Below are positions 47,987-56,636 of a stretch of DNA of 64,000 bases, piece after piece. Source of the stretch: Enterobacter phage CC31. The number at the start of each line of letters is the position of its first letter. Positions within the stretch are counted from its first letter, which is position 1. The notes under the pieces were generated by a model. The model was not told where the DNA came from. It did not search any database and saw only the letters and a list, made by a program, of their open reading frames with translations. The stretch lies in the sequence record NC_014662.1; one strand, 5' to 3'. The position numbers and the translations under genes are program-made.

Positions 47987-48336
47987 TTATTTCCATTAGT
48001 GCGGCAGAACTTTTGCTGGTACGATTTCTTTTTAAACGGCTCACCACAGCTTGGACACACAAGTGTAGAACCAACTTTCATTAATGCATTATTCCGGTAG
48101 ATAGGTTCCATAATATCGTACCGGGTTGTTGGCTTCTGCCCTTTAGCACTTTTACTACTATGCTTTCCTTTTCCATCTTTGTTGTGTCGCTGAGCATCAC
48201 TAAGAAGTCTGAGGACTTCAATTCGCTCGCCATGCAAGTTGATGGGTCGAGGTTCATATCCATATTCTTCATTTTCATAGTCCTCGTCTTCATAATCATC
48301 ATACCAATCGTTGAGTTCATCTAATCCGTAGCCCAT
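47920..48336 (-). CDS. zinc-ribbon hypothetical protein with acidic N-terminus
   Basis: 138 aa; CPSCGEP...C...C...C Cys cluster. Confidence 0.55.
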   Translation of the reverse strand: MGYGLDELNDWYDDYEDEDYENEEYGYEPRPINLHGERIEVLRLLSDAQRHNKDGKGKHSSKSAKGQKPTTRYDIMEPIYRNNALMKVGSTLVCPSCGEPFKKKSYQQKFCRTNGNKCKDYFWNCHPDRIGRTEEWKQ

Positions 48337-48551
48337 TATTTACCTGCAATTAAAACGACAACCATGAAAATAATCCAGAATGGATAAAACAAAACCATAG
48401 ACCATTCTGCTAAACATTTAACCACTTTCTGTTTAGCGGTGTGACAACTTGATGCTGGCATTCCAAGACACCAAGCGAAAGTGCTGGCAAAGAAAACTCC
48501 GCCAAGTAAATAAACCGCAATAGCTATTGCAATAAGAATTGGAGTTACCAT
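48336..48551 (-). CDS. small membrane protein
   Basis: 71 aa, two hydrophobic helices. Confidence 0.5.
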   Translation of the reverse strand: MVTPILIAIAIAVYLLGGVFFASTFAWCLGMPASSCHTAKQKVVKCLAEWSMVLFYPFWIIFMVVVLIAGK

Positions 48552-48730
48552 AAGTCTTTCCTTAGTAGATTTTCAACATCGCTTCTGTAAATGGATGAAG
48601 AAGTTATAAGTTCATCGTCAAATTTCACTTCAACCTCTAACGTTCCAAATAATGAATCATTGCGAACTTCTATTGTTAAGTTCTCTTTAAGCATTTCTTT
48701 TAATAATGCTCGAATCTCTTCAGGGCTCAT
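48545..48730 (-). CDS. hypothetical protein
   Basis: 61-aa ORF. Confidence 0.45.
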   Translation of the reverse strand: MSPEEIRALLKEMLKENLTIEVRNDSLFGTLEVEVKFDDELITSSSIYRSDVENLLRKDLW

Positions 48731-49230
48731 AATTTCATCTCAATCCGTTCTTTACTTTTAACACCCTTTCCGTTATCTGAATATTTACGTTCCATAATAA
48801 AATCATATGGGTCATCAATATCCATACGCATCCAGAAGACGCCAAGTTGAATATTACACGGGTCATTAGATTTAGAACCTGTGCAACGTCCTAAGTCACG
48901 GCGAGAATAACGATGATGACCATTTTCGTCCATGATAGTTTCATAACCAGTGCGACGGTCAAGACCAAGGTCTTTGAATTTTGTCATCAAGACTTTATCA
49001 CCAGACAGAGTTTCATAAGTCCAGCCTTCTTCAAAGTGACTTGGATTTCCGTCTTTTGATTGAACCATCACAATAACATCTTCAATGTTCTGGTCATCAT
49101 TATAAGTGCCAAGATGCCATACTGCTTGATATTGGTTCTCAGCTTTTACTGTTGCTACTCGGAACTTTTCGTCCCAAATTCCATTAACAAAACGTTTAAA
49201 CTTGATTTCATAAGTGATTAATTTGCTCAT
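48727..49230 (-). CDS. hypothetical protein
   Basis: 167-aa ORF. Confidence 0.55.
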   Translation of the reverse strand: MSKLITYEIKFKRFVNGIWDEKFRVATVKAENQYQAVWHLGTYNDDQNIEDVIVMVQSKDGNPSHFEEGWTYETLSGDKVLMTKFKDLGLDRRTGYETIMDENGHHRYSRRDLGRCTGSKSNDPCNIQLGVFWMRMDIDDPYDFIMERKYSDNGKGVKSKERIEMKL

Positions 49231-49240
49231 TATAATTTCC

Positions 49241-49582
49241 TCAGATTAAGCCTAATGCACGTTTTTCTTCAGGGTTCAATTTAGACAAAGCATTTTGTTT
49301 TACTTTTTCTAAACGAGCAACTCGTTCTGCTTCAGTTTCGGTACGAATTTCAAAAGCACTTGTTCTTAAGAAAGAAAGTTTGCTTCCATCTTCAAAAGTT
49401 AAAGTGATTGCCTTTTGAGGCTGATGGTCAACAGTACCGTTTGAACCATAGAAGGATTTACCAGCGACACTCTCTTCAGCTTTAAAGTAAGAGTCATAGT
49501 AACCATAAACTTCTGAGCGCCGGTCGTCTGGTGAAATTCTGGCGACATATACATCCGATTCTTTTACATTGACTACTTTCAT
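49241..49582 (-). CDS. hypothetical protein
   Basis: 113-aa ORF with GAGGA RBS; stem-loop GGGGC-UUUC-GCCCC just upstream (49598..49611). Confidence 0.55.
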   Translation of the reverse strand: MKVVNVKESDVYVARISPDDRRSEVYGYYDSYFKAEESVAGKSFYGSNGTVDHQPQKAITLTFEDGSKLSFLRTSAFEIRTETEAERVARLEKVKQNALSKLNPEEKRALGLI

Positions 49583-49620
49583 TTTATTTCCTCAGTTGGG
49601 GCTTTCGCCCCGTGGTTGAA

Positions 49621-50598
49621 TTATTTCAGCATAGTTACTTCAGCAATTTCAGTCCAGTTTTTCTCGTCGGTAGCGACGAAATCTGCCAGGTAAAGAGCTG
49701 TGCGGAGAGATACATTACGAAGGCGATTAACGTTGTTTTGCATAAATGCCAGAACGTCAAGTACTTGGTAGTGTTTTAAGCCGCGGTTCTGCAACATGTC
49801 GGTTGTCATAATAACATCTTCAACGCGAGACATGATTTCTTCGTTTGTGTGAACACCGAGGTCCAGATAAACAGAACGAGATACCAAAGCAGAAAGATGA
49901 GGAGCTAATTTGCTACCACGTTCTAATTCTTTATCAATATCAACGTTTGTGATGAAGACGACAGTACCTTCAAATTCAAATTCGTTTGGAATATCTTTTT
50001 CTTCCAGGAAAGCAGAAGCAGTTGACCAGCAAACTTTACGTTTTTCGCCAGAATCAAGAGCAGCTTTCAGAAGGTTCAGGATGTCCATATCAGAAAATAC
50101 GTCCACATCATCAATAAGCAGAACAGAATTTGAATGACGAGATTCCCAGAGACGGCAGTAAAGACCGATGCCAGAAATCTTACCGTTAACCATTTTGTAT
50201 TCAATATCACCGCGAGCATCTGCTTTAGTTAATGCTTTATCTAAGGAGAAAGTTTTACCGATACCAGCAGCACCTGAGATAATCAGTGAACGAATGTTTC
50301 CGTTAACCAGACCAGCAGTCATTAACCCCATAACGTTGAAGCGTTTAGCGATACGTGCTTTCATTTCTTCAACAGATTCGGTCAGAACTTCTTTAGTTAC
50401 TTGACCTTCAATTTTGTAATCACCGTGGAAAACCCATACTCCACGTTTCTTACCATCAATCATTACGAATACTTTACCATCACCCTGAGCAGCGTCAGCT
50501 TCAGATAAATCTTTTGGGAACCACTGATCAATGAATTCAAAAGTACCAGAAATTTCTTTACCGAAGTTAGTACCTTTGGTGATAGTGATGGTTTTCAT
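49621..50598 (-). CDS. P-loop NTPase (AAA-like) hypothetical protein
   Basis: 325 aa from ATG 50596-50598 (GGAGA RBS); Walker A GAAGIGKT, Walker B VLLIDDVD. Confidence 0.65.
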   Translation of the reverse strand: MKTITITKGTNFGKEISGTFEFIDQWFPKDLSEADAAQGDGKVFVMIDGKKRGVWVFHGDYKIEGQVTKEVLTESVEEMKARIAKRFNVMGLMTAGLVNGNIRSLIISGAAGIGKTFSLDKALTKADARGDIEYKMVNGKISGIGLYCRLWESRHSNSVLLIDDVDVFSDMDILNLLKAALDSGEKRKVCWSTASAFLEEKDIPNEFEFEGTVVFITNVDIDKELERGSKLAPHLSALVSRSVYLDLGVHTNEEIMSRVEDVIMTTDMLQNRGLKHYQVLDVLAFMQNNVNRLRNVSLRTALYLADFVATDEKNWTEIAEVTMLK

Positions 50599-50669
50599 TT
50601 TTGTTCTCCGAGTTTCTATTTGTTTGGTATGAGGTAATAGTATCATCATCTCATACCGTTGTAAACAAT

Positions 50670-50933
50670 TTATTTTAATGTCCGCCAAATTTTTACTGCT
50701 TCTCGTCTAGAAACTTCTACAGCTCCAAGCTCTACAGCTTTTTGACGACGGTCTGCACGCAAGTCATAGTGCTTAATGCGTTTGTCCTGGAACCAAGAAC
50801 GTTTCATTCCGATTGCTTCTGCTACTTTATGTAGCTCTTCGATATCTCCATCAGTGAACATATGACAATTTTTAGTTGGATGACCACGAAGCTTCCAACC
50901 ATGATTCATTAGAACATCTACGTAAACTGTCAT
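50670..50933 (-). CDS. DUF4031-like protein
   Basis: 87 aa; MTVYVD...CHM..D...ELH..A..IG.KR.WFQ...HYDL pattern recalled for the DUF4031 family. Confidence 0.55.
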   Translation of the reverse strand: MTVYVDVLMNHGWKLRGHPTKNCHMFTDGDIEELHKVAEAIGMKRSWFQDKRIKHYDLRADRRQKAVELGAVEVSRREAVKIWRTLK

Positions 50934-51079
50934 TGGTTTTTATCCAAATAAGTTTCGATAATTTTCTGGGCGAGATAAACTGCGTTATCTTCGGTTGCAT
51001 CTTCTAAGAAGCTTTCAAAACATGCTGAAATTTCTTCTGTGTCAATCAACTTCTTTACTTCAATCGGTGTAGTTTTCAT
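50930..51079 (-). CDS. small acidic hypothetical protein (49 aa)
   Basis: hand translation MKTTPIEVKKLIDTEE...; ATG overlaps upstream stop (TAATG) and its stop overlaps the DUF4031 ATG (ATGA). Confidence 0.35.
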   Translation of the reverse strand: MKTTPIEVKKLIDTEEISACFESFLEDATEDNAVYLAQKIIETYLDKNQ

Positions 51080-51291
51080 TAGCTTTCCAAAATTTCGTTG
51101 ATGTAGTAAGGACGAACTGAAGAATTCAGGAAGAATTCATCTACGAAGTCAATCAGAGCATCTGAAGTACCTTCCAAAACGATGTAATACTTTTCTGAAA
51201 TTTGCTTTTCAGAAGTGATTTCAACTTTATACTCCTGTGCTACTGCTTTAGCTTGAGCGATATTTTTAACTACGATTTCTAAAGTTTTCAT
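51079..51291 (-). CDS. hypothetical protein
   Basis: 70 aa from ATG 51289-51291 (AGGAG RBS); track ORF extension overlaps promoter. Confidence 0.5.
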   Translation of the reverse strand: MKTLEIVVKNIAQAKAVAQEYKVEITSEKQISEKYYIVLEGTSDALIDFVDEFFLNSSVRPYYINEILES

Positions 51292-51319
51292 TTTGTTCTC
51301 CTTTGGTTTTGATAGTGCT

Positions 51320-51350
51320 ATAATACCATATGCTATAGCGCTTGTAAACA
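51320..51350 (-). promoter_or_regulatory. T4-type early promoter
   Basis: minus GTTTACA (plus 51344-51350), about 18-nt spacer, TATTAT (plus 51320-51325). Confidence 0.4.
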
Positions 51351-51356
51351 TTATTT

Positions 51357-51641
51357 TTAAGCAATGTATGGAGTTGCTGAACCGTCTGAGTAACGCGCCC
51401 ATACTTCATTGCCAACGTTGAAAAGTTTTGCTTTACGACCATTAGGCATCTGAACCATTTTGCTTTTAACCGGAGTTACAGCTTCAATCAACGTTCCAGC
51501 AGCTTTTGCATTTTCTTTAGTTTTAAGAATTTTTTCCATGTATTCAACGTATTCGATGATAGCAGGTGCCATATGCTGTTTGTGGCCCATACCGCCAAAA
51601 TCGAATTCAGTTACTGCGTAGAAAATTTTTGAAGTAGCCAT
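51357..51641 (-). CDS. hypothetical protein
   Basis: 94 aa from ATG 51639-51641; upstream TTG-start extension overlaps the promoter -10. Confidence 0.5.
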   Translation of the reverse strand: MATSKIFYAVTEFDFGGMGHKQHMAPAIIEYVEYMEKILKTKENAKAAGTLIEAVTPVKSKMVQMPNGRKAKLFNVGNEVWARYSDGSATPYIA

Positions 51642-51682
51642 TTTATTATCCTTGATTTTGTTACCGTTTAGTTGATAGAGAT

Positions 51683-51712
51683 ATAGTATCAAAACTTAAA
51701 GCATCTGTAAAC
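51683..51712 (-). promoter_or_regulatory. T4-type early promoter
   Basis: minus GTTTAC (plus 51707-51712), 18-nt spacer, TACTAT (plus 51683-51688). Confidence 0.45.
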
Positions 51713-51734
51713 ACTTTTTGAAAACTTTCTTCAA

Positions 51735-51760
51735 AAACAACAAAACCTCCCGAAGGAGGT
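51735..51760 (-). terminator. intrinsic terminator ACCUCC-UUCG-GGAGGU + U-run
   Basis: 6-bp stem with tetraloop 51745..51760, plus-strand A-rich run upstream; abuts stop of 51760..52020. Confidence 0.65.
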
Positions 51761-52020
51761 TATTTTGAGTGTTTTTCTAGCTGGCGTTCAGCAAACAGTT
51801 TAGGTTGATACAACAACCAACTTAAGATATGCCAGATGACTTTTATGACACCGACAGGCAGCCATAATATAATACTAAACAAGTAATTAAAAGGTGTCTC
51901 TATGTACCCTCGTTTAACGAGAGCATTTGTGATGAGCCACCCGGCGGCTAGATAAACCAATGCAATAAAGACAGGCATAATCCACCATAGTTGAGCCAAA
52001 AGTAAAGTAACCATAATCAC
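51760..52020 (-). CDS. small membrane protein
   Basis: 86 aa, three hydrophobic segments. Confidence 0.55.
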   Translation of the reverse strand: MIMVTLLLAQLWWIMPVFIALVYLAAGWLITNALVKRGYIETPFNYLFSIILWLPVGVIKVIWHILSWLLYQPKLFAERQLEKHSK

Positions 52021-53027
52021 CTGTAGTAAGAGTTGTGGTTCGCCAGATAAACCTCTTCAAGGAACTCGTCCCAGAATGTCATGTCAACTTTATCAGGCAT
52101 ACCGTTTTTAGAAGCGATGATGCTTTGACGTTCAACTTCATCTACACAGTTTTCTAACCATTCTTGAACTTCTTTGAATGGAATAGTGCCAGCTTTAACT
52201 TTCTTGATGAACTCAGCATCTTTAAGCGGATAAACCAAATCACCTGTGGTGTAGATTTCCTGGAGCTGAAGACCACCACGAAGAGCATGAGATAGAGCTT
52301 TCCAGTCTACGCCTTCGTTAGCTTCTGCTTTACGAGCACGTTCACCATATTCATTCCACAGCTTAGTGAGACTGTATTTCATTTCGGCAACAGTGATTGT
52401 TGTCTGGAATTTACGGCCAAGCACATTATAGAACTTCTGAACACCAGATTTGTGGTCAACAAAATCAGTCCACTCAAGGAACTCTGAAGTTGGAAGCAGA
52501 TGAGCAATATCAGCAACTTTCCAACGAACATTATGAGCTTTATCTTTTGGACGGTCTTCGTATTTCCATTCTGGATAAGGCTCTAATACTTCAAGAACTT
52601 TACGAAGTTCAGCTAAACGAGAACCTTTGACACCATACTTAGCTGCTTGCTTACGAACATAACCAAGATAAGCTTTCATATCGGTGGTGTAGAAGCGCCA
52701 GCGGTTATCTTGAATGAATTTCCATACTTCAGGAAGTTCAGACTTAACAACCATATTTGCAGGAGTATGAAGCATATCAAGCGCGACAGTTTCACCTGTA
52801 GCTGCTAATTGCAGGAAGTACTTCAAAGAATAGAGTTCATGGTCAACATCATCATGGGAGTTCTTTGTTGATGTGTTGTTTGTATTCAAATTGGTGTGAT
52901 TCATTGCACGGCCAAGAAGAATTTCCTTCGGATGAGGAACGAAGATTTCTTTGAAGTCCGTGTCACTTTCTGGTGTTGACGTACCATAAAGATGGCTACC
53001 GAAGTAGCCTTTCATAATTGTTTTCAT
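52017..53027 (-). CDS. Pol-beta-superfamily nucleotidyltransferase-like protein
   Basis: 336 aa; N-terminal YFGSHLYGTSTPESDTDF fits the G[SG]-x(9-13)-DhD nucleotidyltransferase signature. Confidence 0.6.
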   Translation of the reverse strand: MKTIMKGYFGSHLYGTSTPESDTDFKEIFVPHPKEILLGRAMNHTNLNTNNTSTKNSHDDVDHELYSLKYFLQLAATGETVALDMLHTPANMVVKSELPEVWKFIQDNRWRFYTTDMKAYLGYVRKQAAKYGVKGSRLAELRKVLEVLEPYPEWKYEDRPKDKAHNVRWKVADIAHLLPTSEFLEWTDFVDHKSGVQKFYNVLGRKFQTTITVAEMKYSLTKLWNEYGERARKAEANEGVDWKALSHALRGGLQLQEIYTTGDLVYPLKDAEFIKKVKAGTIPFKEVQEWLENCVDEVERQSIIASKNGMPDKVDMTFWDEFLEEVYLANHNSYYR

Positions 53028-53449
53028 AGATAAATGTGTTGTCCTTTGGCAAATTTTACTAGCTCATTGGTAATTTTAACACATTGTTCAACGTGTTCTT
53101 TATCTTCGCTTTTCTTTGAAGTTCTATTAATATTTCCAACTTTCTGCTGAGAATAATAGTATTTCACTTCATGCGTATGATATTCTTGGCCATCTGGATG
53201 TTGTTCCCGCTGAACATGTTCTTTTAAAACAGTTTCATAGAGTGGAACTAATGCCCAATCACTTCCGATATTAATGATTGCTACTTGAATGTCAATCTTA
53301 TTCCACTTAAAAGCATTAACATATCCAAGTACCCTTTGAGAAGGGTCCATCATAGCAAATTTTATTCCGGAAATAGAAGCCATTGGCATTTGTTTTAGTA
53401 ATGACATACTAAGTTTTTTCTTAGTAGTTACAACTTCTATTTCAATCAT
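53024..53449 (-). CDS. hypothetical protein
   Basis: 141-aa ORF, ATGA-coupled to nucleotidyltransferase gene. Confidence 0.5.
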   Translation of the reverse strand: MIEIEVVTTKKKLSMSLLKQMPMASISGIKFAMMDPSQRVLGYVNAFKWNKIDIQVAIINIGSDWALVPLYETVLKEHVQREQHPDGQEYHTHEVKYYYSQQKVGNINRTSKKSEDKEHVEQCVKITNELVKFAKGQHIYL

Positions 53450-54000
53450 TTAGTAGGTTGACCCCATGTGAATTGACCACCAAATGCCGAAATCAGAGAA
53501 GTGTCATTCAGATTCACTGGCAGACCGTCACCGCTTTCAGATTCGAGGAACATTGTACCACCATTTTTAGTGATAGCAATTACAGTGAATTCTTTAGAAC
53601 CTTTTTGGAATACATCACCAACAACTACTGGAATATTTTTGAAACCGGAAGCTTCAGCTTCATATGTTTCTGTGTATCGGCCTTCTTTTGGTCTGAAATT
53701 AGTAAAATCAACTAAATACTTGTTACGGTTTGAAGTTACATACACATTAGTAACGCCATATGATGTAATTTTATCTTCGCTATAAACGAAGAGTTCAATC
53801 ATAATACGAGTTGAATATACTTTTAAAACAGCTCGTTGATTTTTATTAATTTTAAGGAAAATATGAGTTGTTCCTTGACACCGGCTAATAAAATCAATTT
53901 CACCATCAAATTCTGTAGTTCCAGATTGAACTGTAATTGAGCGTCCAACTTCAAGTTCTTTCTTTACCAGACCTTTAGCTTTTACTTGACGAATAAACAT
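53446..54000 (-). CDS. hypothetical protein
   Basis: 184-aa ORF. Confidence 0.55.
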   Translation of the reverse strand: MFIRQVKAKGLVKKELEVGRSITVQSGTTEFDGEIDFISRCQGTTHIFLKINKNQRAVLKVYSTRIMIELFVYSEDKITSYGVTNVYVTSNRNKYLVDFTNFRPKEGRYTETYEAEASGFKNIPVVVGDVFQKGSKEFTVIAITKNGGTMFLESESGDGLPVNLNDTSLISAFGGQFTWGQPTK

Positions 54001-54009
54001 AATATTTTC

Positions 54010-54231
54010 CTATACGAAGCGCCATGAACCATTACGATAAGCAATTGCACGGTCCATCAAGTCAGAAGCAGTTGATGTACCTTTCAGGTTGTTATGAACA
54101 ACTCGAATAATTTTGCCATCAGGGAAAGTGAATTCTGCTACCGGGAAGAGGCCCATAAGGCCTCGTTCAACCGTTGCATTAAACTTTGCAGATTCACCAT
54201 TAATTACATAATTGTGGTCTTGTTTAAGCAT
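54010..54231 (-). CDS. hypothetical protein
   Basis: 73-aa ORF. Confidence 0.5.
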   Translation of the reverse strand: MLKQDHNYVINGESAKFNATVERGLMGLFPVAEFTFPDGKIIRVVHNNLKGTSTASDLMDRAIAYRNGSWRFV

Positions 54232-54683
54232 TATTTAAATTCCAGAGTTGGGCAGAACTTCTCTTTACGAGCCTTAATGAAAGCGATAATGATATTAGGC
54301 TGCGGTGGAACGTAAGTGCCATTTTTACGAGCTTCCCATTCGGCAGCTTCTTTCTTTTCTTTTCGACGAGAGATTACTTTATAAATTCCGTAACCAATAC
54401 AGAAAATTGTACCAAAGACCGCGGCCAGAATAAGCCAACCAACAATCAACCCAGGAATAATTGCTGCCGCAGAAGACAGAACTACACCGCATTTAGCGAA
54501 CAGCCAAGTTGCTAAATCAACACCAGAACCCCAACCAGCGAAACATACAGCGAACGCGGCGAAAGCCAGAAGGAATGTATGCCATACGCCTTTCCAAAAG
54601 TATGGGCACAGAGAACGTGGGGCGCTTTCAGCACCATTCATAGTAACGAGTTTGTAGTGCCAAGAGTTAGTATTGATTTGCAT
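54231..54683 (-). CDS. membrane protein
   Basis: 150 aa, multiple TM-like segments, basic C-terminal tail. Confidence 0.55.
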   Translation of the reverse strand: MQINTNSWHYKLVTMNGAESAPRSLCPYFWKGVWHTFLLAFAAFAVCFAGWGSGVDLATWLFAKCGVVLSSAAAIIPGLIVGWLILAAVFGTIFCIGYGIYKVISRRKEKKEAAEWEARKNGTYVPPQPNIIIAFIKARKEKFCPTLEFK

Positions 54684-54704
54684 TATAATTTCCTTTCAGT
54701 TCAG

Positions 54705-54950
54705 TTATTTAAAGTTTTTGGAATTGGTCATATGAGGTATTGTAACCTGCAACCATGAAAGCAATTTCTCAGCTTCTTCTTTAAGAAGCTCAACTTCTTC
54801 ACCCTGAGAAATGATGGTGAGTACATCTTTCTCATCATTGACAAGGAGAAGAGTTTTAATATTAGCGTGTCCACCATGAACTGATTCAGCTTCATAGCTG
54901 ATAGTAGCATCTAAACCTGGGACTTTCCAATCTAACGTACACTTAGCCAT
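54705..54950 (-). CDS. hypothetical protein
   Basis: 81-aa ORF. Confidence 0.5.
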   Translation of the reverse strand: MAKCTLDWKVPGLDATISYEAESVHGGHANIKTLLLVNDEKDVLTIISQGEEVELLKEEAEKLLSWLQVTIPHMTNSKNFK

Positions 54951-55233
54951 TTGCTTGTTCCTTGCGAGCTCGTTCTTTAAGTTGCTCTTGAATTTTGAGC
55001 ATTGTTTCTGTGTATTCTTCTGAATTAGCTCTTACAATTCTAGAAGAATACGGAAGCGATTCATGATATTTCAAAAATCTCTCAAGACGCGGTTTGTATT
55101 GAGTAGAGAAATTGTACATCAAAAATCCTGTAGCACTTACGTGAGTACAAATTTCATATTGAATTCCGTCGTATTGACGAGTAACAATAATGTCTTTTAG
55201 CTCAAGACTTAGGCTCATTGACTTCTCCTGCAT
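54943..55233 (-). CDS. hypothetical protein
   Basis: 96-aa ORF. Confidence 0.5.
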   Translation of the reverse strand: MQEKSMSLSLELKDIIVTRQYDGIQYEICTHVSATGFLMYNFSTQYKPRLERFLKYHESLPYSSRIVRANSEEYTETMLKIQEQLKERARKEQANG

Positions 55234-55408
55234 AAAGTTTAAGAATGAAAAACGCTACCTTTAAAGCCTCTTCTTTACTTAAACGAAGAGGAGAGCCGGC
55301 ATAACATGCTCCTTCAGGGACGGCATGCTCCAAAACAATTTCATCTTCTTTAGTGCGAATGTCTAAACTTCCTAGATGAAATTGTTCATATCCCCAAGGG
55401 TCTTTCAT
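55202..55408 (-). CDS. hypothetical protein
   Basis: 68-aa ORF. Confidence 0.45.
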   Translation of the reverse strand: MKDPWGYEQFHLGSLDIRTKEDEIVLEHAVPEGACYAGSPLRLSKEEALKVAFFILKLYAGEVNEPKS

Positions 55409-55698
55409 TGCATTTCCTTAATAGCTTTTAAGAAGTTATCAAGATTCTTTTTACTGCAAAAAGATACGCAGCCATAGCTTCCATCTTTTGCTTCAAAAGT
55501 AAATGAATCATCACCATAATCAGTGTAATCAATATTAGGACATTGATTACATTCAATCAGATGTGCTTTGTCCAGACGAAAATGGATTTTGAACAAATCT
55601 TCATCATCTACATGACCAAGTTTGCAAAAGTTTCCACGTACTTCAAGAACCAGAGGACCATGTACTGAACCGCTTTCAAATGTATGTTTCATAATCAC
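55405..55698 (-). CDS. hypothetical protein
   Basis: 97-aa ORF, ATGA-coupled. Confidence 0.5.
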   Translation of the reverse strand: MIMKHTFESGSVHGPLVLEVRGNFCKLGHVDDEDLFKIHFRLDKAHLIECNQCPNIDYTDYGDDSFTFEAKDGSYGCVSFCSKKNLDNFLKAIKEMQ

Positions 55699-55964
55699 CT
55701 CAGCTGTGAATCTTTTGAACCGCGTCTGTTGTAAGACGCTTTAATAATAGTGTCATGTGAGCTTTGGCAAGCTACGCATCGGGTGCATCCTTTTTGAGCT
55801 TTGCGTCTAGCTTCCGGAATTTCTCCGTCACAATCTTCACAGTATTTTTCGCTCTCACGATTTTGAGATTTGATGAGCTCTAAACGAGCCCATTCAATTC
55901 CATCACTTACTGTAGCTTCAATAGCTGCAAATCCGTCGTCACTTGGACCCCATCCACTTGCCAT
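55695..55964 (-). CDS. DksA/TraR-family C4 zinc-finger protein
   Basis: 89 aa; CEDCDGEIP-x17-CTRCVAC spacing typical of TraR/DksA zinc finger. Confidence 0.6.
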   Translation of the reverse strand: MASGWGPSDDGFAAIEATVSDGIEWARLELIKSQNRESEKYCEDCDGEIPEARRKAQKGCTRCVACQSSHDTIIKASYNRRGSKDSQLR

Positions 55965-56098
55965 TACAAACTCCTTTGAACGAGGTCCATTATACCATTA
56001 ACCAAGTTGTATGTAAACAACGGATTGTGGTATTGAACAAACAGATAAAGCAGTACAAATACCGTTCTCATTACCAGCCTGCCGTATCAAATTCACCA

Positions 56099-56530
56099 TC
56101 ATCGTAGATGTCCCAAGCCATTCTTTCTTCCAGAACTCGGACTGGTGTCCCAATAGTCCGCATATTCTTGGTCTTCCGGAGAAGAGAATTTATTTGCTTT
56201 AAGTTCAGCCATAAATTCCAAAGCAGATTCAACATCACCGAACAGCCGGTTCAAGTTGTGAGGTTTACGTTTATGGTCTTCAAATACTGCGTTATCACCC
56301 GGGCAAATTTGAGTACGATAAGAACGCTTTGTTTCGCCGTTGATGTCAGTATACTCGCAGATGATATCAACCATCAAGATATCTGATGTTGGGCTACGAT
56401 ATGGTTTACTGAGGATAATGTACTTGCTAACTTCATCCAGCGACACTGTGGTTTCAGTACGAGATACACCGTACACGTGATACATGATACGACCTGGAAC
56501 GAAATCAGATAATTTAGTAATGCGATTCAT
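56099..56530 (-). CDS. hypothetical protein
   Basis: 143 aa from ATG 56528-56530 with GAGGAGA RBS; track ORF extension reads through terminator. Confidence 0.55.
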   Translation of the reverse strand: MNRITKLSDFVPGRIMYHVYGVSRTETTVSLDEVSKYIILSKPYRSPTSDILMVDIICEYTDINGETKRSYRTQICPGDNAVFEDHKRKPHNLNRLFGDVESALEFMAELKANKFSSPEDQEYADYWDTSPSSGRKNGLGHLR

Positions 56531-56558
56531 GATGTTCTCCTCTTGTTTGTGTAAGGTC

Positions 56559-56588
56559 ATAGTATCACCTTTTGAAGAGGATGTAAAC
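56559..56588 (-). promoter_or_regulatory. T4-type early promoter
   Basis: minus GTTTAC (plus 56583-56588), 18-nt spacer, TACTAT (plus 56559-56564). Confidence 0.45.
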
Positions 56589-56600
56589 GGTTCATTTAAA

Positions 56601-56631
56601 AACAACAAAAGCCCTGACCAAAAGTCAGGGC
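56601..56631 (-). terminator. intrinsic terminator GCCCUGAC-loop-GUCAGGGC + U-run
   Basis: 8-bp stem 56611..56631, plus-strand A-rich run upstream. Confidence 0.7.
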
Positions 56632-56636
56632 TCAAA

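Noticed and set aside
49598-49611. Stem-loop GGGGC-UUUC-GCCCC between 49621 and 49582 as a terminator
   Set aside because: No U-tail on the minus transcript; it sits immediately 5-prime of the RBS of the next gene, so it is more plausibly a processing or translation-control structure.
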